Source: Cyanophora paradoxa CCMP329 (lineage: Eukaryota > Plantae > Glaucophyta). Taken from it: DNA of 64,000 nt. A program made the position numbers and the translations under genes. Where the stretch lies: assembly GCA_004431415.1 (NCBI GenBank), contig QPMI01000542.1:62001-126000 (forward strand). The letters run 5' to 3'. This document shows positions 12,193 through 24,000 of the stretch, one piece after another. Positions within the stretch are counted from its first letter, which is position 1; each line of letters starts with the position of its first letter. The notes under the pieces were generated by a model, which was not told where the DNA came from, made no database searches, and saw nothing but the letters and a program-made list of their open reading frames with translations.

Positions 12193-14448
12193 ATGGAGAC
12201 ATCTGAAGGCGAATGCGAGCGTGCGGCGAAGCGGGCGCGGGCGGGGGAGACGCCGCCTGCCACAGCCGGTCCGGACCCGCCGCGCCCGCATGACTCGCTG
12301 GGCGTTGCTGATTTGCGTTCAGACGGTGACATCTCGGCTGCAGAAGCGTCCGCGTCGAGCGTGGCCATGGATCTTGCAATTGATGGCCAAGGTGCGCCGG
12401 AGCTCCCAGGATTCGGCATGTGCCGACGCCACGCGCCGCCGCGCCGCCACGGCGCCGGCACCGCAACTGCCTGGCCGGTCGTAATCGGAGCGTGTGCGCA
12501 GCCTCCGCGGCGGCGCTCTCGGCCGTGGCGGCGGCGATGGCGGCCGGCGGCAGCCCGTTCGACGCGCTGCCCGACGAGCTCGTTGTCCGTATCATGGAAA
12601 AGGCGTCGACACAATCTTACTATGAACCCGCAACGGGCGCGGTGCCGCTGCCGTCTGGCCGTCTTTGCTTCGATCAAGTTCTCGACCAGCTCACGCAGCT
12701 CAGCCACGTCTCCCGCCGCTTTCGCAGTCTCGCCCGTCAGCCGAGCTTTTGGGAGCGCATATATGTATCGATTGGACCATCTGGAGTTAGCGATGAGGCC
12801 ATCGATGCGCTCATCAGCAGGCCAGAAGAGCAGCGGGAAGCTCTGCGCTCGCTCTGCATGAAGCTAGGCAGCTTAAGCACCACTTCGTTCATCAAGCTGT
12901 GCAAATGCTTCAGCACGCAGCTTCAGCAGCTATCGATGGTATACCAGCGTGAGGTCTCCCCTGGCGTGCTCGCTGCCGTTCAGCATTTCTCGAAACTTGA
13001 GCAGGTGGCCTTTGTTTCTGCAGTGTGCATTATCGCGATTAATATTCTAATGATACCTGTCTTTCTCTGTCAGCTGCACATCTCGTGCTCTGAAGAATGG
13101 ATCCAACAGAACATTCAGATGCTGACGGGACCACTTGTCCAAGGACCCCTACAGGCGCTGGCATCGCTTCCGTTGCAGGCTCTTTCGATGGGGTGAGAAT
13201 TATGATCACATATGCATGACCAATCCGGGATTTTCTTCGCAAGTTTATATTCAGACACCTTGGCGCAGCATGCCAATGACTGTGGAGACGCTGCAAGCTC
13301 TTGCGCCGCTCGCCCCCACACTCAAGCGGCTGGAATGTTGCTTCATTCTTGATAGCCTTTCGAGCTCGCCGCTTCCACTCTTCTCTGCGGTCGCCGCTTT
13401 CCAGCAGCTGGAGCGTCTGTCCTTCGGTCAGCCAATTTATTTGGACTCTTGAAAGATTAGCTGGGGTTGACTACTCTACTCAGAAACTCTCCATCCTGAG
13501 AAAGGCACCAAGACACATTATCTGGTTTCCGAGGAAGAATTATATCCGCTGTCCAGCCTGTCTTTGCTCCGGGGTGAGCGCATATATCGCTTTGCAATCG
13601 CACTTTTACAAATTTTTATTTCGCTTCAAGGCTTTTCTAGATTTTGATCTAACAGCGTTTGGTTACCGGCGCAGTCTACGACGCCTCTGCTCTTCACAAA
13701 CACACCAGCTTTCTTTCGGGTATGCGAAAACTCGAGTACGTCAGGCTAGATGTGTCGGAAGATTGCGACATCTCGCCGCTCGCGTCCATCGCCGACGGGC
13801 TCCTTGTCGCCACCTTGCACGCCCCGTTTGGTATCGATGCGACAAAAATCCCGTCGTTCGCTGCAACGGTATCAAAGCTCACCGGAGTGATGGTGAGCTT
13901 TTGCTTTCATATTCAATTTAATTTGCCCCTTCTCGAGTTTATTTGCGCTGATCATGAGCACAGAACCTTGAGCTGTCGGTCCACTTCAATGTCCTCGAGG
14001 CTCTGGCTCAGCTTTCTTTGAAGCAGTGGAGCAATCTCTGGTGTCTCACTCTCCGCCACAAGAATCTTCGCGACCCCCGTGACGTTGCCTATGCGGTCCG
14101 GGTACCGCCCGCATTCTTGAAGGTCAGCCCGCTGCATCAAAAGACGCAAATGCAGTGCAAGTTGCAACAGCAAGCGTGAAATGAAACTGACGTTCGTCTG
14201 CCACTGTGCAGCGGCTGGTGGCCGACGTGCCCTCTTTGGAGAAGCTCATCACCTACTCCCCACTTCCTCTCGACTCGGCGGGCGGCTTCGTCGCTGTCTC
14301 TGCCCTCAACAACCTCAAGCTCCTCCGCCACCTGGAGATCAGGCAAACAGATGCGCAGGAGGCCGCTTTCGATGCAGCCTCGCGGGAAGTGCTGCAGGCC
14401 GCACTCCTGAACGTCGAAATAGAGTACAGTCGTGTAATTTATGTTTGA
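12193..14448 (+). CDS. F-box / LRR-like (RNI-like) protein, copy A, multi-exon
   Basis: N-terminal AAKRAR (NLS-like). F-box [15 protein letters not shown]...[24 protein letters not shown]-like LRSLCM, LKRLEC, LERLSF, LEYVRL. Confidence 0.8.
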
Positions 14449-14742
14449 ATTTACCCCCCGTCGTGTCTTACTCTAGATCGATAGCTAGGTCTGTCCTTAT
14501 TTGGGGGCCCGAATGAGTTTTTCTCGCTAGCACTGATTCTAATTACGTATTCACTCTATAGCTAGAGTCGCCAGATCTCTAGACTTCTCCTCCCCCCCCG
14601 GGTTCCCCTGTACCCCCTTCCCCCTTCCCGAGTCCCCCTTGACCATCATCACCCAGCCTCCCCCAGGGCCACCGGATCCCACCGCAATAGTTCCGATGCA
14701 CAATTGCTGAGCTCGAGTGTCTCAGTACTCATTCTAATTACG

Positions 14743-16170
14743 TTAATGTTTACACTCTAGATCTCTATGGCTAGCTAATAAGGCGGGCGACACCGTCGAC
14801 GTCGGTACGCTTACACCGGCGAAGAGGGATGCCGTCGGGTGCACAGGGACGGAGCGCTGGGCGGAGTGTAGCACGCGACGGCCCACGGAGCACCCGACGG
14901 GAGAGAGGGGCCGCGGACGGGGAGGGGGGGGGGGGGGGGGGGGGATGAAGGGGGAGCGGATCCGGAGGCAGGCCGGCCCCGCATGGGTACTGGTCCCGGC
15001 CAAGGGGAGAAGGGGGATTGGGAGAAGGGGAAGAGGGGAAGGGGAAGAGGGGAAAGGGGGGGGGGGGGGGCGGGGGGTGGGGAGGGGGGGGGGGGGGGGC
15101 GGCAGACCGAAAGGGGAACTCGGGTACGCCGTTGGTGCCCTCGCGGTTCCAGACAGTGAAGAAAGGGGAAGTACGGAAGTACAGCGGATGGGGGTACGGG
15201 AAGTCAGCTGGGGTACTAGAAGGAATTGGGGTCTCAGTAGCACGGTAATAGAGCGGAGGGGGTGGGGGCTGGGGGACGGAGTGAGGAGGGGGGAGGAGGG
15301 GATGGGGGTTGGAGGGGGGGTGGGTGGGGTGGGGGGTGGGGGGTGGGGGGGGGGGGTGGGGGGGGGGGGGCGGGGGGGGTTGGAGGGAACGGGGACGACG
15401 TGCGCGGAGGAAGGAGGACGTTGTGAAGCACGGGGGTACAGCTGCTAGGGCTCTGCCGCATCGGCGGGGGGGCGGGGGGGGGAGGGCGGAGGGGGGGGGG
15501 GGGGCGGGTACGAAGGGCACGCAGGTGGGGGGGGGGGGGGGGGGGGAGCTGAACGCGCGGCGGGGCCAGTGGTGGACAGCCGCAAGAAGAAGGCGCGCGC
15601 GGTACCCGCCTGCCAGTGGGGTACAGCCGCCTGCCCAGCAGGACGCCCCGCCGCCGCGCCATCAAATCCATCTGCGGGGGAAAGGCAGCGGGCGCGCGGG
15701 AAGGCGGGGCTCGGACCGTCGGACAGTACTGGAGTGGCGGCGGCGGCAGCGGCGGCGGCGGCAGCGGAGACGGCGGCAGCGGCGGCAGCAGCGGCGGCGG
15801 CGGAGGCTGCGGCGGCGGCGGCGACGGCGGCGGCGGCGGCGCGGGGCGCGATGTGAAAGCTGGAGGCTGAAGAAGACTTGAGCCGCTTCTCGGATGCTCA
15901 GCTGCGGGCGACGGGGGCCGTCGGGACGAGGGTATCGCGGCCCGCCGGCACGGCTGCTTGGGGGGAGGGCCGCCGACGGCCGCAGTGACGCCTGTGGCCC
16001 AGTGGCTTTGCCGGTTCGCGGCCCGCGCAGCCGCCCCATCGCCGCGGTACGGGCCCGGGCCCCACGCGTCGCACGCACGCTCGCGGCAGCCCAGCGGGGC
16101 GCCGCGCCGCTGCGCCATGGACCCCGCCTGCGATCCGGCCCGCCGGCGGTCAGAGATCCCACTTGACTGC
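14743..16170 (-). CDS. Proline/Tyr-rich multi-exon 'partner' gene, divergent from F-box copy B
   Basis: Shares GTGGGATCTC.ACCGCC at its 5' end and the GCAGAGCCC.AGCAGCTGTACCCC exon motif with the partner genes at 34.7, 50.6, 56.5 and 62.4 kb. C-rich introns. Exon chain not resolved. Confidence 0.35.
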
Positions 16171-16675
16171 GGGTTGGCGTGCGCCGCGCGGGGAGGGGCG
16201 GGGCGGAGGGCGGGTGCTTGACTGCCGGCCTTCTCGCAGGGGAGCCGGGAGATAGGCTGGAGCTCGATGAATCCGGGGCCTGCGGGGAGCCTCGGAGGCC
16301 TTGGGCGGAGCGAGAAACAGGCCGCAGCTACGAGCTACGAACAACAGGCCCTTCAGCTTGTTGTGAACTTGTTGCCGCAGCTACGACTTGCTACCGCAGC
16401 GACCCACTCGAGCAACTTCTTATGACCGCCGTTTGGACGCAACAGCGCGCTAATGCACGCGCGGCCCGCGTCGAATCATGTACATGCCCCTTCAAGATAG
16501 ACGAGCCTGTCGCACTGCACTGCGGCACACAGCATCCGGCAACTGCAGCAACGGTTGCAGCTGCGGCTGCAGCTGCGGCGCCCGGCCGAAGCGCGCTGCC
16601 AAGTTGCGCTGTACCCGTCCGGCAGTCATTAGATCTAGAAGGCGCCGGCAGTTACACCGGTTAGGACACAGGTAC

Positions 16676-18914
16676 ATGGCGACATCTGCAGAAGGCGAAT
16701 GCGAGCGTGCGGCGAAGCGGGCGCGGGCGGGGGAGACGCCGCCTGCCACGGCCGGTCCGGACCCGCCGCGCCCGCATGACTCGCTGGGCGTTGCTGATTT
16801 GCGTTCAGACGGTGACATCTCGGCTGCAGAAGCGTCCGCGTCGAGCGCGGCCATGGATCTTGATGGCCAAGGTGCGCCGGAGCTCCCAGGATTCGGCATG
16901 TGCCGACGCCGCGCGCCGCCGCGCCGCCGCGGCACCGCAACTGTCTGGCCGGTCGTAATCGGAGCGTGTGCGCAGCCTCTGCGGCGGCGCTCTCGGCCGT
17001 GGCGGCGGCGATGGCGGCCGGCGGCAGCCCGTTCGACGCGCTGCCCGACGAGCTCGTCTCGCGCATCATGGAACAGGCGTCGATGTGCTGTTATCGTGAG
17101 CCTGGATCGGTTGCTCGGCTGCCGTCTGAGAGTCTTTGCTTCGATCAAGTTTTCGACCAGCTCACGCAGCTCAGCCGCGTCTCCCGCCGCTTCCGCAGCC
17201 TCGCCCATCAGCCGAGCTTTTGGGAGCGCATATACGTATCGATTGGGCCATCTGGGGTTAGCGATGAGGCCATCGATGCGCTGCTTAGCAAGCCAGAAGA
17301 GCAGCGGGAAGCTCTGCGCTCGCTCTGCATGAAGCTAGGCAGCTTAAGCACCGCTTCGTTCATCAAGCTGTGCAAATGCTTCAGCACGCAGCTTCAGCAG
17401 CTATCGATGGTATACCAGCGTGAGGTCTCCCCTGGCGTGCTTGCTGCCGTTCAGCATTTCTCGAAACTTGAGCAGGTGGCCTTCAAAGCTTTCTTTCTGC
17501 AGTGTGCTTTATCGCAATTTTAATGATACCTGACTTTCTCTGTCAGCTGCTCATCTCGTGCTCAAAAGACTGGTTCAAGCAGAACTTTAAGATGCTGGCG
17601 GGACCACTTGTCCAAGGCCCTCTACAGGCGCTGGCATCACTTCCGTTGCGGGCACTGAAGATAGAGTGAGAATTATACCTGCGCTAAATATACACTTGGC
17701 GCTTACGATTCAGACACCTTGGCGCAGCATGCCGATGACAGTGGAGACGCTGCAAGCTCTTGCGCCGCTTGCCCCCACACTCAAGCGGCTGGACTGTCGC
17801 TTCATCCCAGATGGCCCCTCGCTGCTCCCCCTCTTCTCAGCGGTCGCCGCTTTCCAGCAGCTGGAACACCTGTCCTTCGGTCAGCCGTGCATTTCCCTGC
17901 TCGTGCACTCACTTTGGCTCACCCGGCCCTGCGGTTTGCTCTCTTCAGAATTGTACAATGAGGAGGGCGACAGGATCCTCGAGCTCGAGAGAGTTGCGGA
18001 TGATGAGTTGCATCCGCTCTCCAACCTTTCTTCGCTCCGGGGTGAGCAATTGCAATTGTGTCGCTTTTCAATCGCGCCGGCCGCGGGTATTGTGCTATTC
18101 CGAAGTTCTTGACCCCATCCCCACGCAGCCTACAGCGTCACTGCCCTTCACAGACAGGCCGGTTTCCTCTCGGGCATGCGACAGCTCGAGTACCTCCGCC
18201 TGCATATGTCGGAAGATTGCGACATCTCTCCGCTCGCGTCCATCGCCGACGGGCTTCGTGTCGCCATCTTGAACGCCCCTGTCGGTTTGGACGAGGCCAA
18301 CGTCCGGTCGTTCGCTGCAACGGTATCGAAGCTCAGCAGAGTGGTGGTGAGCGTTTGATTTCATATTCAATTTATTATTTGCTCCAATGCCGAGCATTAT
18401 TTCCGCTATCCGCTAATTACTGAGCACAGAATCTTGATCTCATCATCCAGTCCAATGTCTTTGAAGCTTTGGCCCAGCAATCGTTGAAGCAGTGGAGCAA
18501 TCTCAGGTGTCTCAGCATCTGTCACAAGATTGTTCGCGAACCCCCTGTCGCTTACGATGCGGTCCGGATCCCGCCCGCGTTTTTGAAGGTCAGCCCACTG
18601 CATCAAAAGACGCAAATGCAGTGCAAGTTGCAACAGCAAGCGTGAAATGAAACTGACGTTCGTCTGCCACTGTGCAGCGGCTGGTGGCCGACGTGCCCTC
18701 TCTCAAGAAGCTCATCACCTACTCCCCGCTTCCCCTCGACTCGGCGGCCGGCTTCGTCGCGGTCTCCTCCCTCAACAACCTCAAGCGGCTTCTCAAGCTC
18801 GAGATCAATCAAACGGCCGAGCAGTCCGCCGCTTTCGATGCGGCTTCGCGGGAGGTGCTGCAGGCCGCTCTCCTCAACGTCGGAATAACATATCATAGTA
18901 TTCCGGATCCATAG
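16676..18914 (+). CDS. F-box / LRR-like protein, copy B, multi-exon
   Basis: Close paralog of copy A ([15 protein letters not shown]..., [24 protein letters not shown]). Upstream region also duplicated. Confidence 0.8.
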
Positions 18915-19219
18915 TATTGCCGCTTCCAGTTAGTAGCTTGTGATAGTATTTTCCCTCCGGCGTATTGTTTTCCCTCCCATTTTTCTCTGAGCTCTATTAA
19001 TTTGTTTCTTTTGTGAATTAAAAAGCTTCCCCGTGCCCGCCTTCCCTCCCCACTCCCCCTCCCGGCCACGGCCACTCTAGGCCCACGCCTCCCGCGCCGC
19101 CGCAACCACTCAACTTCTCTTCAATCTGGTCTGGGTGCAACATGCATATAAAGAGGGGTGTGGCATGGAAGGCTTAGGGGCGGTCTGCAGCTGTCTAGTA
19201 GCTGTGCTGGAGCTCGAGG

Positions 19220-19790
19220 CTAGCGGGGCGGGGCGGGGCGGTGGACGCCTGCATGGGGGCAGCGGCGAGGTCCGACGGTCCGGGGCGCCGGTGGGCGTCG
19301 CGGTGGAGGGATCGTCCGACGGTCGGGCTGGGGAGCCACTCGGCAGGCGGGGGCGGACTCCGGGAGGGATGGAAGAAGGTCAGACGCAGCGGTCTTGGAG
19401 GTACTACGGTACGAGGCTACAAGTGTGGGAGACGAGCTATATATAGAGGCAGGCGAAGGAAAGGAGGGGCCCGGGGGTCAGGCGCGTTGGAGCTCGAGGC
19501 CATCTCAGAGTCTCAGAGTCTTGTAATTTATAATGAGGTTTAGGTGCCTCGCTTGGCGGGCGCGGAGCTCGAGGGAGGAGGGAAGGAGGGGGGGTGTTGG
19601 GGGGGGGGGGGGTACGCCAGCATCGGGGAGGGGGCGCTGATGTCGGATGACAGGATGATAGGGGTACAGCTGCTTGCAATTGAGCTCCGCAGCACCAGTG
19701 ATCTTGCAAGGGGAACTACAGATGTCCCGGCAGCCGCCCCAGCGCTAGCGCCGTCGCCCCGTGAATGATGAACGGCATAAGGACTCATGA
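19220..19790 (-). pseudogene. Degenerate partner-gene remnant fused to a copied WDPCP exon fragment
   Basis: The reverse complement of ~19660-19695 matches the partner motif GCGGAGCTC...AGCAGCTGTACCCC. The reverse complement of ~19220-19345 matches the WDPCP exon at ~24003-24095. Confidence 0.45.
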
Positions 19791-19933
19791 TCAATTAGTA
19801 CAAGTGGGTGTGGGTGTCAAATCCGCGCGGATGCGCGAGCAAGGGCGCGGTACGGTACAAACTGGCTGTGGCCCCTAGCGCTGCGTTGGGCGCTCCCGGG
19901 CCGGCTGCGGCCGCAGCGCCAGCGCCCGGCCGC

Positions 19934-20617
19934 TCAGCCGAACGTCCTCCCGTTCCAGCCCCAGTCGCCGCCGGCGGGATTGTGAAGCTGGAGGCGGAGA
20001 CGACGGGTCAGGGAGGCGCGGCGCGGCGCGGCGGAAGTCTATAGCCAGCTGCGGGGGGCGCGCGGGCGGGCGGGCGGGCGACGCGGGCGCACGTTGATGA
20101 AGAAACGCGTCTGCGGGACGCCGAGCTCCTTCTCCAGCAGCTCGCCGACCTTCTGCGTGAATGGCACGTGCATGTCCGGCCTCAGGCCGATGGAGTACGC
20201 GTCCGCGAACTGCAAAGCGGGCCGGGCCGGGCGAGGTTAGCGGTGCGGCTTCGCGGCCGCCGCTGCAAAGCGGCGCGGCAGACCGCTGCAGGCTCCTCGG
20301 TGTCCTTGTAGCGGATCGCGACCTCGCGGATGATGGCCTGCACATACTGCTCCGGCCTGCAGCGATTGGCATGAGCGAGGACACGAGTGACGCAACGCAC
20401 TAGCTATATAGAAAGCCTCAAATGGGCCGTCGATCGGGAACGAGCGATCGGCGCGTCGGCCGCGGGTCTGGGCCTGCAGCTGGAGAAGCGAGCGCGGCGC
20501 GTTGGGACCGACGCACTTGCCGGTGATCTCAACCGCGATCTTCGACAGCCCCAGCGTCACCGCCTCCTGCTTCTTCGCATCGCCCGGGGCGTTCGTAAGG
20601 ACCTTGATGAGCGGCAT
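19934..20617 (-). CDS. MIF: Macrophage migration inhibitory factor (MIF) / tautomerase family protein, 4 exons
   Basis: Starts M-P-LIKVLTN (catalytic Pro1). ITGK|PEQYVQ, EPAA, YSIG, ELGVPQTRFFIN. Ends LHNPAGGDWGWNGRTFG*, the MIF C-terminal signature. Confidence 0.9.
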
Positions 20618-21012
20618 CTCCCGCGCTCGGCGGCCTTTCGAGTTGAGCCGGTTTCTCGGCGAGCCGATCGAAGACGTGTGTCTGCTGCGTCGCTGAGCGG
20701 CAGCTGGTTCAAGCCGCGGAACAAGCCGCGTTACAAGCGAGCTTCCAGGGTACGCTGCGTTCCTGGGCTCCACCGTCCCGAAGCTCGAGCAGCGAGAGTA
20801 GAAACATTCCTAAAGCTTCGATCGCCGTCTCTCGAATCTTCGGCGTTCGCGGAGCGTCTCGGGCCGGACTTCCCGCGCTTTGGCTCGGCGCCGACTCGGC
20901 CACACACGGCGCGTCGCGGCGGCTAGCTACGCTTAGGAAACGAGCACTTCCGAGCCAGGATGAGTCCCTCCGCCAGCTGAGAAGACCTCGCTCCATCGTT
21001 TGAACGCGCGCA

Positions 21013-24000
21013 TGGCGCTCGAGGCGCGGGCCGTGATTTACACGCTGCAGCGCGCCCTCGGCCAGTTCAGGTGCGCGATGCCGCTCGGCCTCGTCCGCGC
21101 GGTCCGCCCGTCCTCGCTCGACACGCGGCGCAGCGAGCGGACGCGCTCGTACCACGCGAGCGATGGGCCCTACCGGAAGTACATCGCCCAGCAGCTGGAG
21201 GCGCAGGGCGCGACTCCTACGCTCGAGAAGAACGCGCGGCTGCGGGCCCAGCTCGAGCTGGCCGAGAACGCGCTCTTCAGCCAGCGGCCGGTCTTCCTCC
21301 TGCCCCGCTCCGGCCGCTCGCTGAGCGTGCGCGCGCGCTCTCTGGCCCCTCTCCCTCCTTTTCCGCTCCGGTTCGAGCTTGAAGCGTTCAAATTTGAACA
21401 GGTGGTGCTGGGGAACGCGGACGTGCTGACCGTCGACGTGAATCCGGCCACAGCTGACCTGGCGGGAATCGCCGCCGAGAGCCTCGTGGGCAGCCAGTCC
21501 TTCTCCTTCTCCGCCTGGGCGGGTACGCGCCTCTTCCTCCCGGAATTCGATCCGATCCTGATTCGATCTGGCCCGAAGGCGCCGCCCGAGGATCCCTGTA
21601 CGCCCTCCTCCTCACATCCTCCCAGCTCCTCGTCGTCCAGGACAGACGCGTACCCGGCAAGCGCAACGCCATCCTCGTCGACCTCCCCGTCCCGGTACCC
21701 GTACCCCCCGCCGTCCCACCGAGTACCGCGTACCCCCTCCTCAAGGACCGCGTACCCCCAGGCACCCGGCGTGACGCAGGCCGGGGCGAGGGCGTACCTC
21801 GACGTGAACCAGAAGATGGACTCGATCGTCGTCGCGTTCGACAAGAACGTGCGGCGTACCCCCCTCCCCCCGCGGAGGCTTCCATACCCCCTCCAACCTC
21901 TTCCCCCCGCCCGAACAGGTCCTCGTCTACTCGGTGACCTACGACCCGGGGTGCACCCGCCTGCCCACCCGCCCACCCACCCCTCCCCCTCAACTACTAC
22001 CCCCCTCAACTCCTCCCCCCCTTAGGGGCCCCGCGGTGCTTTCCGTGGAACTGGCGAAGCACCTTCGGGTCAAGGGCACGGTCGTTGCCTGCGAGTTCCG
22101 GCGCAAGCACGCCGCCCAGCTCTTCTGGTCCGCCCCGCCCCCCCTACACCCGCCCTCCCTCGCCCCGCCCGCCCGCCCGCCCGCCCTCGCAGCGCGCGCA
22201 CGTGCCTTTGAGCGACAGCCGGATACTACCTAAGAGCCGCGCCATAAGAAGCCACCCGCCCCGCCCTACACCCGCCCCGGGCTCAACAACGCTCCCGCCT
22301 GACGCGTACCCCGGGGCGGGGCGCGGCGGGCAGCGCGCAGGAGCGGGGCCCCGGGTCGGAGAGCGCGGGGGGGCCGGGCCCCGGGGGCGAGCCGGCGGAC
22401 GACTCGCGCCGCGTCGAGCTGCTGAACCTCGAGATCGCCGCCGCCGCCGTGCGCCCCGCCCCCCCCCTCCCCCCCCCCCCCCCCCCCCCCCCCCCGCCCG
22501 CCCGCCCTCGACGACGTCGCCTCCCCCTCCCATCCTCTCGGAGCGGCGGAAGGGCCTTTAGAATCCGGGGGGCGGGCTCGCGGGCGGGGCGAGGCGGGAG
22601 GGGCTAGCGGGGGGGCGATGCGGGGCGGGGGGGCAGGGGGGCGAGGATCGCATAGACGAGCGGGCGAGCCGCGCAGGCGCCCCGGCTCGTCCCCCTCCGC
22701 TCCGTCCCTAGGATCGTGCCTCCGTCCCTAGGATCGCGCAGGCTCGCCGGTTGGCCGTAGACGCCCCGTCCGCTCACCGCCGCCCGCCGCCCGCAGGAGC
22801 CCGTGAAGCGCCGGGAGGTCGCCAAGGCGCGTACCCCCCACCCCCCCCCCCCCCCCCCGGAAGGGCCGGGAGCCTCCCCGAGGCCCTCGCACGAGGGGCC
22901 GGGCCGGGCCGGGCCGGGCCGGGCTGAGACGGGGCGGGGGCCTGCAGGTTCGGGTGCCGGCGGGGGTGCGCGCCGTGGCGCGCAGCGAGGACGAGACCCT
23001 CGTCGCCATCGGCTGCGAGGCGAGTACCCCCTCCCCCCCCCCCCCCCCCTCCCGCGATTCCCCTTCCCCACTCTCGCTCGGGCTTTCCTCACCCTCTTCC
23101 CCCTTTCCTTAACTCTGTACCCCCCTCCCTCTTCTTACTCTACCCCCCGCAGGACGGGACGCTGCTGGCGTACAACGCCCTCTCGGGGGCCCTCTTCTCC
23201 CGCCCGGGGCCCTTCGCGGTACCCCCTACCCTTCCTTCCCCCCCCTAAAGCCCCCCTAGAGCCTCGACGACGGCCCGTGCTCGACGACCGCTGCGCTTTT
23301 TAGGATCTGAACCCCTTAATCTCGTATCCCGCCCCCTGGAGACCTCCCTGAGCCCTCTGGGGGCGCGCGCAGCAAGTGAGCGTGATGCGGTGGCACCCCG
23401 GGGGGCGCCCTCTAGGATCTAAACACCTTCATATCTTAACCCTCTAGGATCTAAACCCTTGCATCTCTTAAACCGCTAGGATCTGAACCCTTTTATCTCT
23501 TAACCCTTCAGGATCTTGACTCTTTCATATCTTATCCCTCTAGGATCTAAACCTTTTTATCTCACGCAGCAAGTGAGCGTGATGCGGTGGCACCCCGGGG
23601 GCGCCCTCCTCCTCGTCGGCTTCGAGAACGGCGCCCTCTGCTTCGTCGATCCTGCGCTGAACGCGCGTCGCGTACCCCCCCTACTGATCTGATCCGATCT
23701 GATCTGATCTGATGTGAACGCTCCGCAGGTGGTGCCGGGACCGGGGGGTGGCCCTGAAGTGCTGCGCCTCACGGAGCACCTCTCCTACGCCGCCCGTATG
23801 GTGCGGGAGGGGTGGGCGGAGGGGCGGGGGTGATAGACCCTCCCTAGGGACGGGATCGTGACCTCCGCCTGACCGCCGCGCCTGACCCCCCTCCTGGCCT
23901 TCCCTATGCCTGCCTATCTAGCTCGTATCCTACCCTTATTCCTCCACCGCGCCTGACCTTCTGCCCTCCCCCGCCCCCGCCCCGCCCCGCGCAGGTGGCC

